From: the human T2T-CHM13v2.0 reference genome, Homo sapiens
Length of the DNA stretch: 64,000 bases
Assembly (NCBI RefSeq): GCF_009914755.1
Contig: NC_060942.1
Reading direction: 5' to 3' (one strand)
Shown here: positions 1 to 23,423 of the stretch, one piece after another
Position numbering within the stretch: the first letter of the stretch is position 1
Layout: the number at the start of each line of letters is the position of its first letter
Notes under the pieces: model-generated
What the model was told of the DNA's origin: nothing
The model's input: the letters and a program-made list of their open reading frames with translations, nothing else
Databases searched by the model: none
Program-made: the position numbers and the translations under genes

Positions 1-197
1 CACCTCTCCAAATGTTTTTATCAGGATTTTGAGTTGGAAAATCTTTTTTTCCTCACTCTCCTAAACCATCACCATTATTTTCCATCAAGATGCCTAACAT
101 TGATTCAGTTAGGCCTCTGCAACTCAGGAAATTACTGAAATTACAAAAGGACTGTAACACACACCAGAATTAACCTGCCCTCAAGAAATTATTCTTA

Positions 198-581
<384 letters not shown>

Positions 582-1234
582 TGCAGGATGATCTCATCTC
601 CAGATTCTTAATTACAACTACAAAAACCTGATTTTCAAATAAGATCACATTTGAGTTAGCACTTGAACATCGGTTTTGTGGGGCCACCATTCAACCTATG
701 ACAGTGAACAAGCCAGCGTCTTGCTTTTCCTTGTCCTGAGCAGTGGACAATCTCGGCACCCTTCCGCAGTGCTCATCTGCCTTCGTGTATCTAGACCAGA
801 GACTTCCAATCGTTTTGGTCTGTTCTCTCACAGGAGTCACTCTATGGCACTTTGTTGAGCCTTGGAACTACTTCACTTATCATTTGTCTCCCCCCAGATT
901 AGAAGAATGTCTTTTCTGGAGAAGAAAGCTCGGCATGACAAAGCACACGGTGGCTCACAGCTCTGTTGAAAATAGAGTTGGAAAGACGTTTAGTAAATTC
1001 GTGCTTTCAGAAGATTCTAATAAAGCAAGGCAAACCAAGTTAATGCTGGGGCAATAGCGTCTTCTATTGCCTTCAGCCTTCCCTGAAGAATTAGATTTCT
1101 TCAGGGAATTGGAGTTGTAAACCAAAGAGAGCCTCCTATCTGCTAAGGTGTTAGTTAAGAATTATTCAACCTTGGCACTTTCCAGTTTGAGCAAATAAAC
1201 CCAGATTCTTCCCTGATGTTTAATAGAAGGGCCT

Positions 1235-1793
<559 letters not shown>

Positions 1794-1856
1794 TGATTTC
1801 TTAAAGCATGAATTTACTAAGCATCTTTCCAACTTATTTTCAAGAGCACTTTATAA

Positions 1857-2235
<379 letters not shown>

Positions 2236-2527
2236 TAATAAAACTAATTTTTGTCTACACCTTTTGTCAGAGGTTGGAAGTGGCTTGTTTGCATTATTTT
2301 TGGTCTCCACTGCAATTATACCACCATCATCTTCTAAAAATCTCTGTCCCTTTGTGACTTATGCCATTAAGCTATTTATCCTCCTCATCTCTGCCTTGCA
2401 CTGACAACTTGGCCACTCCTCAATAGTCATTGAAGACTGTGGCAGCTGATTCCACCCAAGTCCTGTCCTAATTTTTGGTACCTTCAAGGTTTATATGGTT
2501 GCCCAATCCAATGTGCTAGCTTCACAG

Positions 2528-2530
<3 letters not shown>

Positions 2531-2571
<41 letters not shown>
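2531..2571. repeat. (TG)n microsatellite, ~20 units, abutting an Alu fragment
   Basis: Direct read. Confidence 0.95.
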
Positions 2572-2575
<4 letters not shown>

Positions 2576-3239
2576 ACAGGATCTCACTATGTTACCCAGG
2601 CTTGTTTTGAACTCCTGGTCTCAAGCTACCCTCCTGCCTCAGAGCCTCCCAAGTCTTAATCTTCTCAGGCCCAAGGACTTCCCGTCAGCCACCTATTCCT
2701 ATGGGCACGTCCTGGCCCTGTCCTCACTAGGAAATACCCCTGTCTAAAACCAATCATAAACATCAACATCCAGCTTTTGGCCATAACCTTCTCTTTTTCC
2801 AGACTTTTCCCACCTTCCTTCCTTCCATGCCTGGCTGTCAACCTCACAAACCCCACAGTTGAATCTATTGATCCCCTCCTGGCCTCCTGTCAAGTTTTTT
2901 GTACTTTTGTCTTCTACCAAACCCACTCAGTGAAAATGCAAACACAGGTCAATCATTCTGATAAGTTTCTCCTCTCCTACTCTCAGGAGACTGAGTGCTG
3001 CCAGAGAAAAATCACACCAGCAGGCAGGTTCACATGCATCTTGGTAGGCACGCAATCACACCTTGTTGATGAATGTGCGAAGGCATCAATTGGACCCTCA
3101 GCTTTTGTCATCACCCGTGTTACTTGACCTTGCTTGACTGGCTTCTTCTCTGATTCTTTTCCACCACTTCTAACCCAATCTAGGTTCAACCATTTGGCCT
3201 CAAGAGTGGCGGTATCAAGGAACAAAGTTTGATACAACC

Positions 3240-3445
3240 AGATCTGGAGTCAGACTGCAGAAGTTTAAATGCTGACTTTGACCCTGACTAATTATATTAC
3301 CTTAAACCAGTCACTTAATTCCTCAAAGTCAATCCCTTATCTATTAATTGGGAAAAACAAGTGCATCTGCCTTACTAGGTTGTTATGATAGTTAAGGGAG
3401 ATTATACATCTGTACCTGACACATTGTAATAGTTCAATAAATGTG
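3240..3445 (+). mobile_element. MIR
   Basis: ctggagtcagactg...agtcacttaat...gttcaataaatg. Confidence 0.6.
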
Positions 3446-3679
3446 GCTCTTCTTTTTACTCTATTGAGAAAATTGAGGCCATTGTCAAAAATCGTTTCCT
3501 TCAATTTCTCACCCTTTCCTACTACACAGTGTTCTAAAATCTGTCTTCTCCCTTTTTGGTTTAAGGTCAACTTTTCTACCTATGTTCTGACCTATTCTTT
3601 CAGCACCTGCAGGATTTTTTAAAAATTGAAGTTGAATTAATATAACATAAAATGAACTATTTTTAAGTCAACAATTCAA

Positions 3680-3972
3680 GCTGGGTGCAGTGGCTCATGC
3701 TTGTAGTCCCAGGACTTTGGGAGGCTGAGGTGGGCATATCACTTGAGACCAGTTGCTCAAGACCAGCCTGGCCAACATGGCGAAACCTTGTCTCTACTAA
3801 AAATACAAAAATTAGCCGGGTATGGTGGTACATACCTGTAGTCCCAGCTACTCAGGAGGCTGAGGCATGAGAATAGCTTGAACCCGGAGACAGAGTTTGC
3901 AGTGAGCTGAGATCACACCACTGTAGCCTGGATAATAGAGTGAGACTCTGTCTCAAAAAAAATAAAAATAAA
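3680..3972 (+). mobile_element. Alu inserted in L1M
   Basis: Alu dimer; TSD aagtcaacaattca on both sides. Confidence 0.92.
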
Positions 3973-6268
3973 TGAAGTCAACAATTCAGTGGTATTTAAC
4001 GCACTAACAATGTTGTACAACAGCCACCTCTATCTGGTTTCAATAGTTTCATCACCCACAAATAAAATCCCATACCTATCTATCTATTTATTTAGTTATT
4101 TTTGAGATGGAGTCTCCCTCTGTCACCCAGGCTGGATCATATGGTAATTCTATGGTTAACTTATTGAGAAACCACCAAAATATTTTCCACAGTGGCTGAA
4201 CCATTTATATTCAGGCAATGTACAAGGGTTTCAATTTTTCCACATCCTCACCAACAGTGGTAGTAATACACCCACTTTCACCTTTAATTTTAGTTACTTG
4301 CATCTTCTACTTTTTTAGTCAGTCTAGCAAAAGGTTTGTCAGTTTTGTTGATCTTTTTGAAGAACCAGCTTCTAGTTTCATTGATTCCGTTATTTTCCTA
4401 TTGTCTATTTCAATAATCTCTGCTATAATTATTCCTTCTGTTGGCTTTGGATTTGGTTTGCTTTCTTCTTCTAGTTCCTTAAAGGTTATAGATTTGAGAT
4501 TTTTCTTTTCTTTTTTTAATGTAGGCATCTATACTTACACATATCCCTCTGGACACTGCTTTTTCTGTATAAGAATTGGGGATTTTTCCCATTTATTGTA
4601 AAGTATTCTTATTTCTCTTGCTATTTATCCTTTGACCCCTTTGTTGTTTAAGAGTATGTTGTTTCTTTTTCATGTACTTGCACTTTTTTTTTCCAGTTTT
4701 CCTCCTGTAGTTGATTTCTAACAATGTTCTGTTGTGATCTGAGAAGGTACTTTCTATTATTTCAATCTTTAAAAATTTATTGAGACTGTTTTTTGTGGCC
4801 TAACATATGGTCTGTCCTAGAGAAGAATGTATATTCTGCTGTTTTTGATAGGATGGTCTATATATGTCTGTTAGGCCTAATTGTTTATAGTGTTATGCAA
4901 GTCCTCTGTTTCCTTATGGATCTTCTGTCTAGATGTTCTATTTATTATTGAAGGTTGGGACATTGAAGTCTTCAACTATTACTGTAGAACTGCCTATTTC
5001 TTCCTTGAGTTCTGTCAAGGTATGTAGTACATATTTTGGAGCTCTGTTATTAGGTGGGTATATATTTATAGTTGTTATAGCTTCTTGATGAATTGACCCT
5101 TTTATCAATATATAATGACCTTTTTGTGTCTTTTAATCATTTTTGACTTAAAGCCTCTTTTGCTTCATATTAGTATAGATACCCCAGCTCATCTTCAGTT
5201 ACCATTTGCATAGAATCTCTTTTTACATCCTTTCACTTCCAACCTTATAGAGCTAAAGTGAGTCACTTATAAACAGCATATAGTTGAAACATTTTTAAAT
5301 TAATAGAATTTATTTTTTTAGAGAAGTTTTAGGTTTATAGAAAAGTTGAGTGGAAAGTACAGAGAGTTTCCATATACCTACTGCTGCCCCTACACACCAT
5401 TTCTCCTATTGTTACCATCTTACGTTAATGTAGTACACTAGGCTTCCCTCTTTGTGTTGTACATTTTATGAGTTTTAACAATTGTATAATGACATGTATC
5501 CACTATTAAAGTATTGCACTGAATAGTTTCACTGGCAGTCTGCCAGTCTGTGTATTTTAACTAGTGAGTTTAATCCATTTATATTTAAAGTTATATTATT
5601 TAATATATTTATATTAATATACATAATTATATGTTAAATATATGTTGTACATTAAATTACTGAGTCATTATATTCTACCATTTAGCCATTTATTTTCTAA
5701 ATGTCTTATCTTTTTTGTTCCTCGTTTTCTTCAGTACTACCTTCTTCTGTGTTTGATTTTTTTCTAGTGGACTATTTTTACTTTATCCATGTTTCCTTTT
5801 ATGTAATTTTAAAAGTTATTTAAAAATGGTTACCATGGAGATTTCATTTAGCATCCTAAATTTATAACACCATTGCTTGTTTGAAATGATCCAAACTTAG
5901 CTTCTATAGCATATAAAATTTATCCTATACAGCTTTGTACCCACCTTATATTGTTATTGTCACAAATTCCATCTTTATACACTATGTGCCTACTGCATAG
6001 ATTTGTAATTATTGTTTGATGCATTGTATTTTGAATCATAAGAATCAAAAATAGGAAGTATAAACTAGAAATACAATAATACTGGCTTTTATATTTACCT
6101 ATGTAGCTATCTTTACCAGAGTTCTTTATTTCTTCAGATGACTTCAACTTCAACTCACTGTCTAGTGTCCTTTCATTGCTGCCCAAAGGACTCCCTTTAG
6201 CATTTCCTACAGGGTAAGTCTAGGGGCAACAAACTCCCTTAGCTTTTGCTTACCTGGGAATGTTTTAA

Positions 6269-6581
<313 letters not shown>

Positions 6582-8149
6582 CATATCTTCCTAATTTTTG
6601 AAGAACAATTTTGCTTGATATAGAATTCTTACTAGACAGTTTTTTTTTTTTTATTTCAGCACTTGGGTATGTCATTATACTGCTTTCTGGCTGTCATTGT
6701 CTCTGATGATTATTACATTAACAGTCTTATTGGGGTATATATTGAATAATCAATGCATTATGAGTCACTTATCTCTTGCCATTTTCAAGATTATCTCTTT
6801 GCCTTTGGATGTTGACAGTGTGATTATAAATATGATTGATTATCATAGTGTGGATCTCTTCATGATTATCCTACTTGGAGTTCATTGAACTTCTTGGATG
6901 TGTACTTATGTCTTTCATCAAATTGGGACTTTGGGGCCATTCAAATGTCTTTCTAACTCTTTTTCATGTTTGTGTGCTTGATGGTATCTCACAAGTCTCT
7001 TAAGCTCTGTTCGTTTTTCATTCTTTTATCTTTATGCTCATCGAACTGGATAATTTCAATTATTTTATCTTCAGGTGCACTGATTCTTTCTTCTGCCTGT
7101 TCAAATATACCACTGAATCCCTCTAGTAAATTTTTTTTTAGCTATTGAACTTCCAGCTCCAGTTGTTTAAAATTTGGTTTCTTTTACAATTTACATTTCT
7201 TTATTGATAACCTTTACTTGTTCATCTATTGGTTTCCTTTAGGTCTTTGAGCAAATGTAAGGTGGTTGATATTTAAAGTTATATTATTTAATATGTTATA
7301 TTTATATATTTAAACTCTTTCTCTAGTCATTCCAATGTCTGGCTTCCTCTAGCATGGGTTTTGTCTATTTTTTTTTTCTGTGGATGGGCCATACTTTCCT
7401 GTTTCTTTGTATGCCTGTATTTTTTGTTGTTGAAAACTGGACGTTTTGAATATTATACTGTGGTAACTCTAGATAGCATACTTTCTGTTCTCCCCAGGGT
7501 TTGCTGTTGTTGATTGTTGAGGACTGCAGTAATCTGTTTGTTTAGTGACTTTTCCAAACTATTTTTGTACAGACCATGTTCTTTGTTTGCGTAGTCACTG
7601 AAGTCTGTGTTCTATTATTTCAGTGGTCAGCCAGTGACCTGACAGAGGTTTCCTTGAATGCCTGGAGCCAAAAAGAAAAATAAAAGCAACTCCATTGGTC
7701 TTTGCATATTGGCTGGGGTGCTCCCTCAACTGTGCCTTAGCCTTTACCTCCTGCTTGTGTGGAGCCCAAAGAACAGCCAGAGGTGCAAGTGTATGATTTA
7801 TTCTGAGCCTATATCTGGCTTTGAGCTTGTGTGTTGCACTAGATTCCACAGTATGCAAGGCAGCCCTTCAGAGCATTTATTCCTCCTCCCCACTCCTCCC
7901 CCAAGACTATTCCTCCTCACTGTCTCCTTCTTAGGCTTTTGAGTCTGTCTTCTGCTTGCCTGCTCCTGCATCCTTTCCTCCAGGCAGCTATGGATAGTGC
8001 ATGTCTTTACTTGCTTTCACCATTTCTGTGGCACCACTCCTTCTCCTGCTAGATTTTGCTCTGGCCCTTTATTTCTCTGATTTTCTTCATCATTTCCCTC
8101 TCATGAGTATCTTGCTTTAGATGACAAATTATTCTAGCCTCACTCATTT

Positions 8150-9740
<1,591 letters not shown>

Positions 9741-9775
9741 TGTATAACCATCAGCTATTGCACTCCTGCCACATT

Positions 9776-12050
<2,275 letters not shown>

Positions 12051-12699
12051 TTAATAGAATGAATGCATGAATAAATGAACAAATGATGTACAGATTTTTT
12101 TTTTCCCTTCTTGTGGGAAAGAGTTGGCAAAAGAGAAATTAGGAGGAGTAACTGGAAACAATCATGAGAAATCTTTCAAATAGAAAACATTACACTGCTG
12201 GTTAATCTGGTTTTTTAAAGTCATCATATTTAAAGCAATTTTTAGAGTAGCATTTGAACTTTATGGAATTCTGAATTGGGAGAGATTATAAGAGCTCATC
12301 TGTCTCAACCTCTAGTTTCTGAAGAACAATAATTAAAATGAAAAAAAAATGCTCATTTTAAAAGATGCCCTTTAAAAGTAGTTTCATGTATCCTGAACCA
12401 TCCCCAGACAATGAGCCTTACAAAATCTCGACCTGCTGAACTAAAACTGTTCAACCGAATACTAAAATAAGCTCAAAGGAAAAGAATGGAGAGATTTGGT
12501 GTGGAGAAGAGGTGGTGTTGCCTAGTAACCTATGGACAGCGCCTGCAATAGGTTTGCTCTTGCCTGACATCCCAGATAGCCATGAGAAGGAACCTTAGTT
12601 TTCAAGTTACTGATACCTCCTTCTCTCTCTGTCTGTTTAAAGAGCACTACCCTTACACACACTGGTGAAAGTCATTAAGTACTAGTCTTTCTGTTTCTA

Positions 12700-12890
12700 G
12701 CCAGTGATTATCGATCTATAGAGTATGTAAGAATCACCTGGAGGCTTGTTAAACCATAGATTACTTTGTCCAGCCCCAGAGTTTCCAATTCACATGTCTG
12801 GGTCGGGGTCTAAGAATTTGCATTGCCCACAAGTGCTTCCCAGGTGATGCTGGTGATTCTGGTCTGGGGACCACATTTTGAGAACCACTG
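12700..12890. mobile_element. MER5A hAT-Charlie DNA element
   Basis: agaatcacctggaggcttgttaaa...cccaggtgatgctg...ggaccacattttgagaaccactg. Confidence 0.8.
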
Positions 12891-13246
12891 TTCCATGCTG
12901 TCCCTGAGAATGGCCATGATGACTTACATGATGGTCTTCAGGATGCAATTAAATGGGATTTAAGGTTATGCTTTTATGCTTCTCAAATACTCAAATAAAT
13001 GTAACGTTGCAAGATGTAAACCATCACCTTGTTTGGGCTGCTTTCTAAAATATTTTGCTTTTAGGTTAGTAGTTTTGCTTCTCTAGCCTTGGATCCTTTG
13101 AAGATAGGTCACTGGATTATTGTGCATTATAGTTAATGAAATAATCGCAAATGTGCAATGCTAAGTAATAGGGCAAGTTTTCAAGCTTCAGACAGGGCCT
13201 CTTTATGCATTGGGACCAGTTGTCTAGGAACTGTTGTACTTTTTAA

Positions 13247-13627
<381 letters not shown>

Positions 13628-14359
13628 TAATTTTTAAAATGAGAAGTCTGTTTTTATGTTTTTGTTTTCTTTCTTATTTGTTTAATCTTTTTGTTTGTTT
13701 TTACATTTTTTTAAAGGAAAAAGAAGACAATAAAAAGATGAGTGTTCAAAATGCTGATAGAGAGCAGTGTGACTCCCAAGTGTCACAGCGGCTCAGATGC
13801 CACATAGACCCCGGATATGGTTGTTTACAGGCACCGTTTGTTCATGCTTCAAACGAGCTTCAAAGCAGGACTCTGTTCTTCCCTTTGTTCCCCAAAGAGA
13901 AGATGCCAACCTGAGGCAGGAGCGAACAATGTGAAATGTACAGACTGTGAGAAGGTTTCCGCTGCGTATCACTCAGCATTTCACCCCCCAGATTCCCCAT
14001 TAGTTATCTGTTACGAGTTTCTCTGCTGTGGGGCCCTGCTCTCTCTTCATTCACTCTCCCTGGCTGCAGCCAAGTGGAAGCCATTGCCACCTTTTCCTTT
14101 GCAATGCTAAGCAGTTTAGCTCAGTCCGAGCTCTCTCAAGTCCAGCCACCAGCTGGCCCAGGCTCAAAAAAGACTCAGGAAAGCACATTATCAAAGCAGG
14201 TCACCTGCAGAGGGATTTTACCAGTAAGGGTCCTGGCAGGAACAGATGGAGCACTCCAATGGGTAATTTGAAGAGAATTTAATTGAGGGACCATTTAAAG
14301 GTATAGGCCAGGTTTAGGGAAAACAATTCAAGGGCTAGGAACAGCAGACTGACTTACCC

Positions 14360-15875
<1,516 letters not shown>

Positions 15876-16709
15876 CATTTTACATTTATAGGATATAAAA
15901 TGTGTCTTCAACCCATGTGAAATAGACCAAAGTTCATTTTTACGTACAGATATGGAACCATATCCAAGATAAAGAGATAAGTGAGAAGAAAATAAGGATT
16001 GGGACAGTATGTATTTGCTGGTACGTGCATAGAAATGTTTCTGGAAGGTAACACAAAAACCTGTTAACAGTGGTTTTCCCTGGAGAGTGGGAATAAGATG
16101 GGGACTTTCCTGTAAATTATTTTGTATCTTTTGAATTTGGTCCCATGTGTATGTACTACATCTTTGAAAACATGAGTGATTAAACATTTTTAAAGGTGTC
16201 TGTACTCTACAAACCAAAATATACACTCAGCATTGGAGATGGCCTTCCAGAAAATAAAAATAATGAATTTTCCCCCAATAGACAAGATTGTCACTTAATA
16301 AACTATCCGTCCATATCTGATATTTATCCTCATGTGCTAAGAATAATTCATTCACCTCCACCAACAAGCTAGTTTCCATGAGGGGTACAGAGTTTTTAAT
16401 TATGTAGCCATGTACAAAATCAGAAATTTTCTGTCTTTCTGGTTTGTCTACCTGCTTTACACAGGAAAATTGGGGAACATTCTTCCATGCAAACTGTTGC
16501 AGGGAAAAGGACCACACAAACATTAAACCATTAAAACAATAACTGTGATTGGGAGGTGAGTGGGGAGACCATATTCATATATTCATACTATTTTTTAAGT
16601 ACTTGGTGGGCCATAGTTAAAGAGGAAACTATCTTACACTATTTGCTTTTCTTTTTAACAATATAGGTGATTATATAGGATGTTTCTGTTACTTTTTTTC
16701 TTTTTTTGA

Positions 16710-16955
<246 letters not shown>

Positions 16956-18198
16956 AGACTCCGTTACTGTTTATTGATCTCTCTGTTCCCTTTGGCATTG
17001 TTCTAGTGGTGTCATGCAAATTGAGGATAAGGTAATTTTTTTTCTAACTCAATAAAATGGCATCATAGAAGAGATTCCTATAATCAAGCAGTTGTTTTCT
17101 TTAGAAACATAACAGTTCTTTTTTAGAATACTTTAGAGACCCAGAATATATCAGTTATTAATTCTTTCCTCTCCTTTCTATCCGGCTGTGTGGCCCTGGT
17201 TACTATAGGCACTTGTGTAAAATGAGCTCTTTGCAGTTAAGCACTTCTGTTGAAATTATACTCTGTAATTGCTCAGCCCTCACAAAGAGAAAACTCACAA
17301 GCATCGCATTGAGGAAACTGTCATGCCAGGTCCAGATCCTCATCTCATGTGCTCAGTCAGCCAAGCAGACAGTCTCAAGGCTTTCGAGACTTTGCACGCA
17401 GCTGCTGTATGTATTAATGGAGATTTTTTGGTTGGCTTGAGAGTGGGGTAGGGGAAGGTGATTATTATTTCCTCAAAAATATATGTCTTCAATTTAGTGA
17501 TTGCAAAGTGACATTGTTATTCAAATCAGTTGTAGGCAAAGGAAAGGAAGTAGAGAAAAGCATTCATTAATGATAAGGTTTCCTGCTGTTCTCAAGCAAG
17601 GCTCTCTCCAGAGCAGGCTGCGTAAAAATTGATCCAGCCTTACTGTGCCCTGGTGCATTTACTAGGGCATTATTAATTTGCTAAACGATGAGCCATCACA
17701 CAATTTTTATATGTAGCCCCCTAAAAGCAGGGATGCTATAACTTCCAATTCTAACTATGCTTTCAACTTCATATCAGGGAACATGAAAAAAATGGGAGAT
17801 AGTTGATGAGGACATCTAATTAAGGTATGTCCTCAAAACTCCTTTTGAAGCAGCTTTCAACCTCTTTGAATTCATGCTAAAATTAAATGTTCCTCTGAAT
17901 AAACGGATGTATCTGAATACATAAATGTGCATGTGTGCGAATTGAATCATCTACTTTTCCATAAAATAAAACATATTGGTGGCTCACATTACCTGCTGAA
18001 ATAACCTGGCAACATTGTTTTAAAGTAAATTCCTCCCCAGGCTTTTTTTCTAATACTTTCTGCTCTGATTATATTTTATTACTGGTTTCTAGCCTTTATG
18101 CCAACAATGTAGAACTCTCAGCAGCATCCAACATAGAGAAACGGGGAGGCGGGAGGGGGACAGTTTCATCAAAGGAAACATTAGATCCACATCTATGA

Positions 18199-18537
<339 letters not shown>

Positions 18538-19228
18538 CATTTTTTACTCTAATATAACTCTTTTTCTTCAGCTGAGTTCAGAGTAATACCACCAAGGAAG
18601 AAAATGAGAGTTCAATCTGAATCATATTTATAACAGAAAATTATAATGTTTAATATAATAATGTATAATAATAAATTATAAATGGTTTTAGATAATAATA
18701 GTGAAGAATTTCGTGCTTGGAATATATCAGTATATCAGTTGAGAAAATTCTTCTAAGCCCCAAGGTAATATAATTCAAAGCTGCCATAGCTCTTATAAAC
18801 CAAAAATAAAATTCTAAGTCCCCCAACCGGCTGAATGAACTGCGTTTCATGGAATCCACCAAAGGGATTCCAAGAAACCTGAAAAACTAGTTAAGGCCGT
18901 AATGGGAAGGCAGGGGTCAGACATGCCTCATTATACCCTCTCCCTTCTGGAGTTCAGACTCAACCGACCAACATTGACATTAGCATACACATCCCAGACT
19001 GACAGAACAGACTCTCTGTAGCAGTAAGATACTGATAACATCATATGACAGGTAACAGGCCCTAAAGGAAATCAAAGTATTTTACCCTAACATATATTTA
19101 TTTGACATATTTTTTAATGGCCCTTCAAAGCCATCTCTTGTGGGGAAAATTTACATTCTGCAGACAGCCTCCTTCTCTTTCCAGGTCTTTTCCTGTTCCA
19201 CAAGAGATTTCACTAAGAGCCTGATAAC

Positions 19229-19536
19229 TTTTTTTTTTTTTTTTTTTTTTTTTTAGATGGAGTTTCGCTCTTGTCACCCAGGCTGGAGTGCAGTGGCACT
19301 ACCTAGGCTCACTGCAACCTCTGCCTCCCGGGTTCAAGTGATTCTCCTGACTCAGCCTCTTGAGTAGCTGGAATTACAGGCGTGTGCCACCATGCCCAGC
19401 TAATTTTTGTATTTTTAGTAGAGACAGGGTTTCACCATGTTGGCCAGGCTGGTCTTAAACTCCTGACCTGATGTGATCTACCAGCCTTGGCCTCCCAAAG
19501 CGCTGGGTTTACAGGTATGAGCCACTGCACCCAGCC
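19229..19536 (-). mobile_element. AluS
   Basis: Full-length antisense Alu with long poly-T; TSD cctgata(a/g)ctttt. Confidence 0.9.
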
Positions 19537-19545
19537 CCTGATAGC

Positions 19546-19850
19546 TTTTTTTTTTTTTTTTTGAGACGGAGTCTCGCTCTGTCGCCCAGGCCGGACTGCG
19601 GACTGCAGTGGCGCAATCTCGGCTCACTGCAAGCTCCGCTTCCCGGGTTCACGCCATTCTCCTGCCTCAGCCTCCTGAGTAGCTGGGACTACAGGCGCCC
19701 GCCACCGCGCCCGGCTAATTTTTTGTATTTTTAGTAGAGACGGGGTTTCACCTTGTTAGCCAGGATGGTCTCGATCTCCTGACCTCATGATCCACCCGCC
19801 TCGGCCTCCCAAAGTGCTGGGATTACAGGCGTGAGCCACCGCGCCCGGCC
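19546..19850 (-). mobile_element. AluYb8 (young, human-specific)
   Basis: Diagnostic 7-bp duplication ggactgcggactgc (19593-19606); CpGs almost all intact; TSD CCCTGATAGCTTTT at 19536-19549 and 19851-19864. Confidence 0.93.
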
Positions 19851-20811
19851 CCCTGATAGCTTTTAAGCTCTGATAAGAGACATTGACCAGCTACTCTCTC
19901 TGAAACCTATGTAATAGATTCTTGGCTTCCACAACTCCCGTTATCTTAGCCCCAAGCATTTCTTTCTGCTGACTTCAACTCTTTAGGCAAAGCTTAACTC
20001 TTTCAATCAATTGCCAATCAGGAAATCTTTGAATCCACCTATGTCTTGGAAGCCACCTCTCCCTGCCCTTCAATATGTCCCCTTTCCAGGGCAAACCAAT
20101 TTAGAACTTACACGTACAGATTACGTCTCTGCCTGTAACTTCTGTTTCCTCAAAAAGTATAAAATGAAGCAGTGCAACCCAATCACCCTGGGCACATGTT
20201 CTCAGGACTGCCCGATGCTGTGTCACAAGTCATGGTCTTCACATTTGCTCAGAATAAACCTCTCCAAATATTTTAGAGTTTGGCTTTTTCATCTATACTC
20301 TTTACAGTTTACAAAGCATGTTCACATGTTCGCTCATTTGATTCACTCAATAACCATTTAAATACAGCATTCCCATTTCACAGACGAGGGCAACATGGCT
20401 CAAGAAGTTTCCATGAATTGCCCAGAATCACCCAGCTAGTAACTGGCAAGGTCATGGCCGAATGCGCTTCTGAAGCAAAATGTGTTTTAGCTCCTTACCC
20501 GGCTTCCTTCTCCCTCTATCTGAAAAAGGCATTCACACTCAGATGTGAGTTCCTGATTGTGATATAGTGTACAATCCCTGCCAGGGTATTTTGGTTTTAA
20601 AAGAAGATTAAGTCAATAACCTAAATGAATTCTCTCTAACAGTGGACTTTGAGGCACTAGATTAAATAGTGATTGAAAAATAATGATAGTAACAGTTACT
20701 ATTTTTTGACTATTTGCCCATAGGCGAAGTGTTGGTTATTGACTCCTTATAGTCTCTCCTAGGTAGGGGTTATAATGGCCACTTTTCAAACGCAGGAGCT
20801 GAGGGGCTTAA

Positions 20812-21208
<397 letters not shown>

Positions 21209-21982
21209 AATCCTCAGCTCTTTCAACTGAAATAGCCAGGTCCAAGGCTGCCTCCCCAGTTTTGGGGAGATGTGTTTGTTGGTTTGCTTTTCCTTTGTAA
21301 TCAGCAATGATACATGATGCAGAAGATCATTAGATCTGGAATCAGGAGCCTTGGTAAGAATCCCAGATTCCTGCTCATTCAGTTTTCCTGCAGAAGGTGG
21401 AGTTGCTCTTCCTCTGTCCAAGCTCCCAACTTCTTCAATAAACAAGAACTCCTCTCACCACTCCTCTATAACTGGGTGGGGAGGTGGGGGGACTCATTTA
21501 AAAATATTTTTAAAAAATATTCTAGCAAACCACCCTACCATTATTCAATATTTTATATTTCTTTTGGCAAGCATGCGGAATTTTGCTCTTTGGTATCCCT
21601 CCCCCTCTTCTTTTCGTAGATCCCCATGTAAGGATATTATTAAGGAGTTTCTATGTCAGGAAGGAAGAAAATGTTCCATCCCATGATCTTTATTCATGGC
21701 TTTACATTACTTTTTCAAAGTTATTTTATTTTCAAGAGTTTCAGAGAACACTGAATTCTATTTTTGGAAATTTGTTGGCACTCAGCTCTTAAATGGATGC
21801 AGAGGCATTAGCATTTATCATCTTTTCCTTTGCTGCTAATCACTAACATCCTATTTGCAACTTTAGGTCTCCAGGTCAGAGGTATCAGTGGGCACATAAT
21901 TGACCCTTCCCTTGGCCCTAGGTTATGGGAGAGCTCAACCAGGGGACAGAAAGAGAGCAAAAAACACATTCTAGGTGACAAT

Positions 21983-22205
21983 GCATATTGGTTTCCTATT
22001 TTTGTGATAATAAATTATCACAAATTTTCTGGCTTTAATACAAATCTTTTATCCTATGTTGGGAGGTCAGAATTCCCAATGTCAAGATGTGGGCAGGGCT
22101 GCATTCATTTCTGGAGGCTGTAGGGGACAATCGCGTTCCTTCCCTTTCTTGGCTCCTGGAGGACTGCCTGAATGCCTGTTCCCTTCCATCCCCAAAGCTA
22201 GCAAT
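21983..22205. mobile_element. MLT1 (MaLR) LTR fragment
   Basis: aaattatcacaaat...ggaggtcagaa...gggcagggctgcattc..tctggaggct. Confidence 0.65.
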
Positions 22206-22280
22206 GGCTTAAGGATCTAGTCACTAGAAGCACAACAATGAACAAGAACAACAAAGCCCTGTCTTAAAGACTGTATGTCT

Positions 22281-22955
<675 letters not shown>

Positions 22956-22971
22956 TCAGGTAGTGACAAAT

Positions 22972-23423
22972 GCTATATTCATTTCTTGGGGTTACTGTGA
23001 AAAAGTACTGCAAACTTGGGTGGCTTAAAACAACAGAAATTTATTCTTTCATGGTTCTGGAGGCCAGCAATCTGAGATGAATGTGTCAGCCACGCCATAC
23101 GTCCTCTGAAGGTTCCCTAAAAGAATCCTTCCTTGCCTCTTCCTGGCTTCTGGGGACTGCCTGCAGCCCTTGGCATTCCCTGACTTACAACTGCATCACT
23201 CCAGTCTCTGCGTCCTGGTCACATGGCCTTCTTCCTGTGTGTGTCCCTTTGTGTCCTCTCTTCTTCTTGTAAAGATGCCAGTCATATTGGATTTAGGGCC
23301 TACCTTCATCCAATATAACTTCATCTTAACTAATTACATCTCTGAAGACCCTATTTCCAAACAAGTTCACGTTCTGAGGTTCTGGGTGGACATGAATTCT
23401 TGGGGGACATTATTCAACTCAGC
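22972..23423. mobile_element. MLT1 (MaLR) solo LTR
   Basis: gggtggcttaaaacaacagaaatttattct...ggatttagggcctacc...catcttaactaattacatct...ggggacattattcaac. Confidence 0.85.

Larger units (their letters stand above)
18794..20293 (+). mobile_element. MER4-family (ERV1) solo LTR interrupted by two tandem Alus
   Basis: Starts TATAAACCAAAAATAAAATTCTAAG..CCCCAACC; ends gggcacatgttctcaggac...cagaataaacctctccaaatattttagagtttgg, resembling MER4 termini. Confidence 0.8.
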
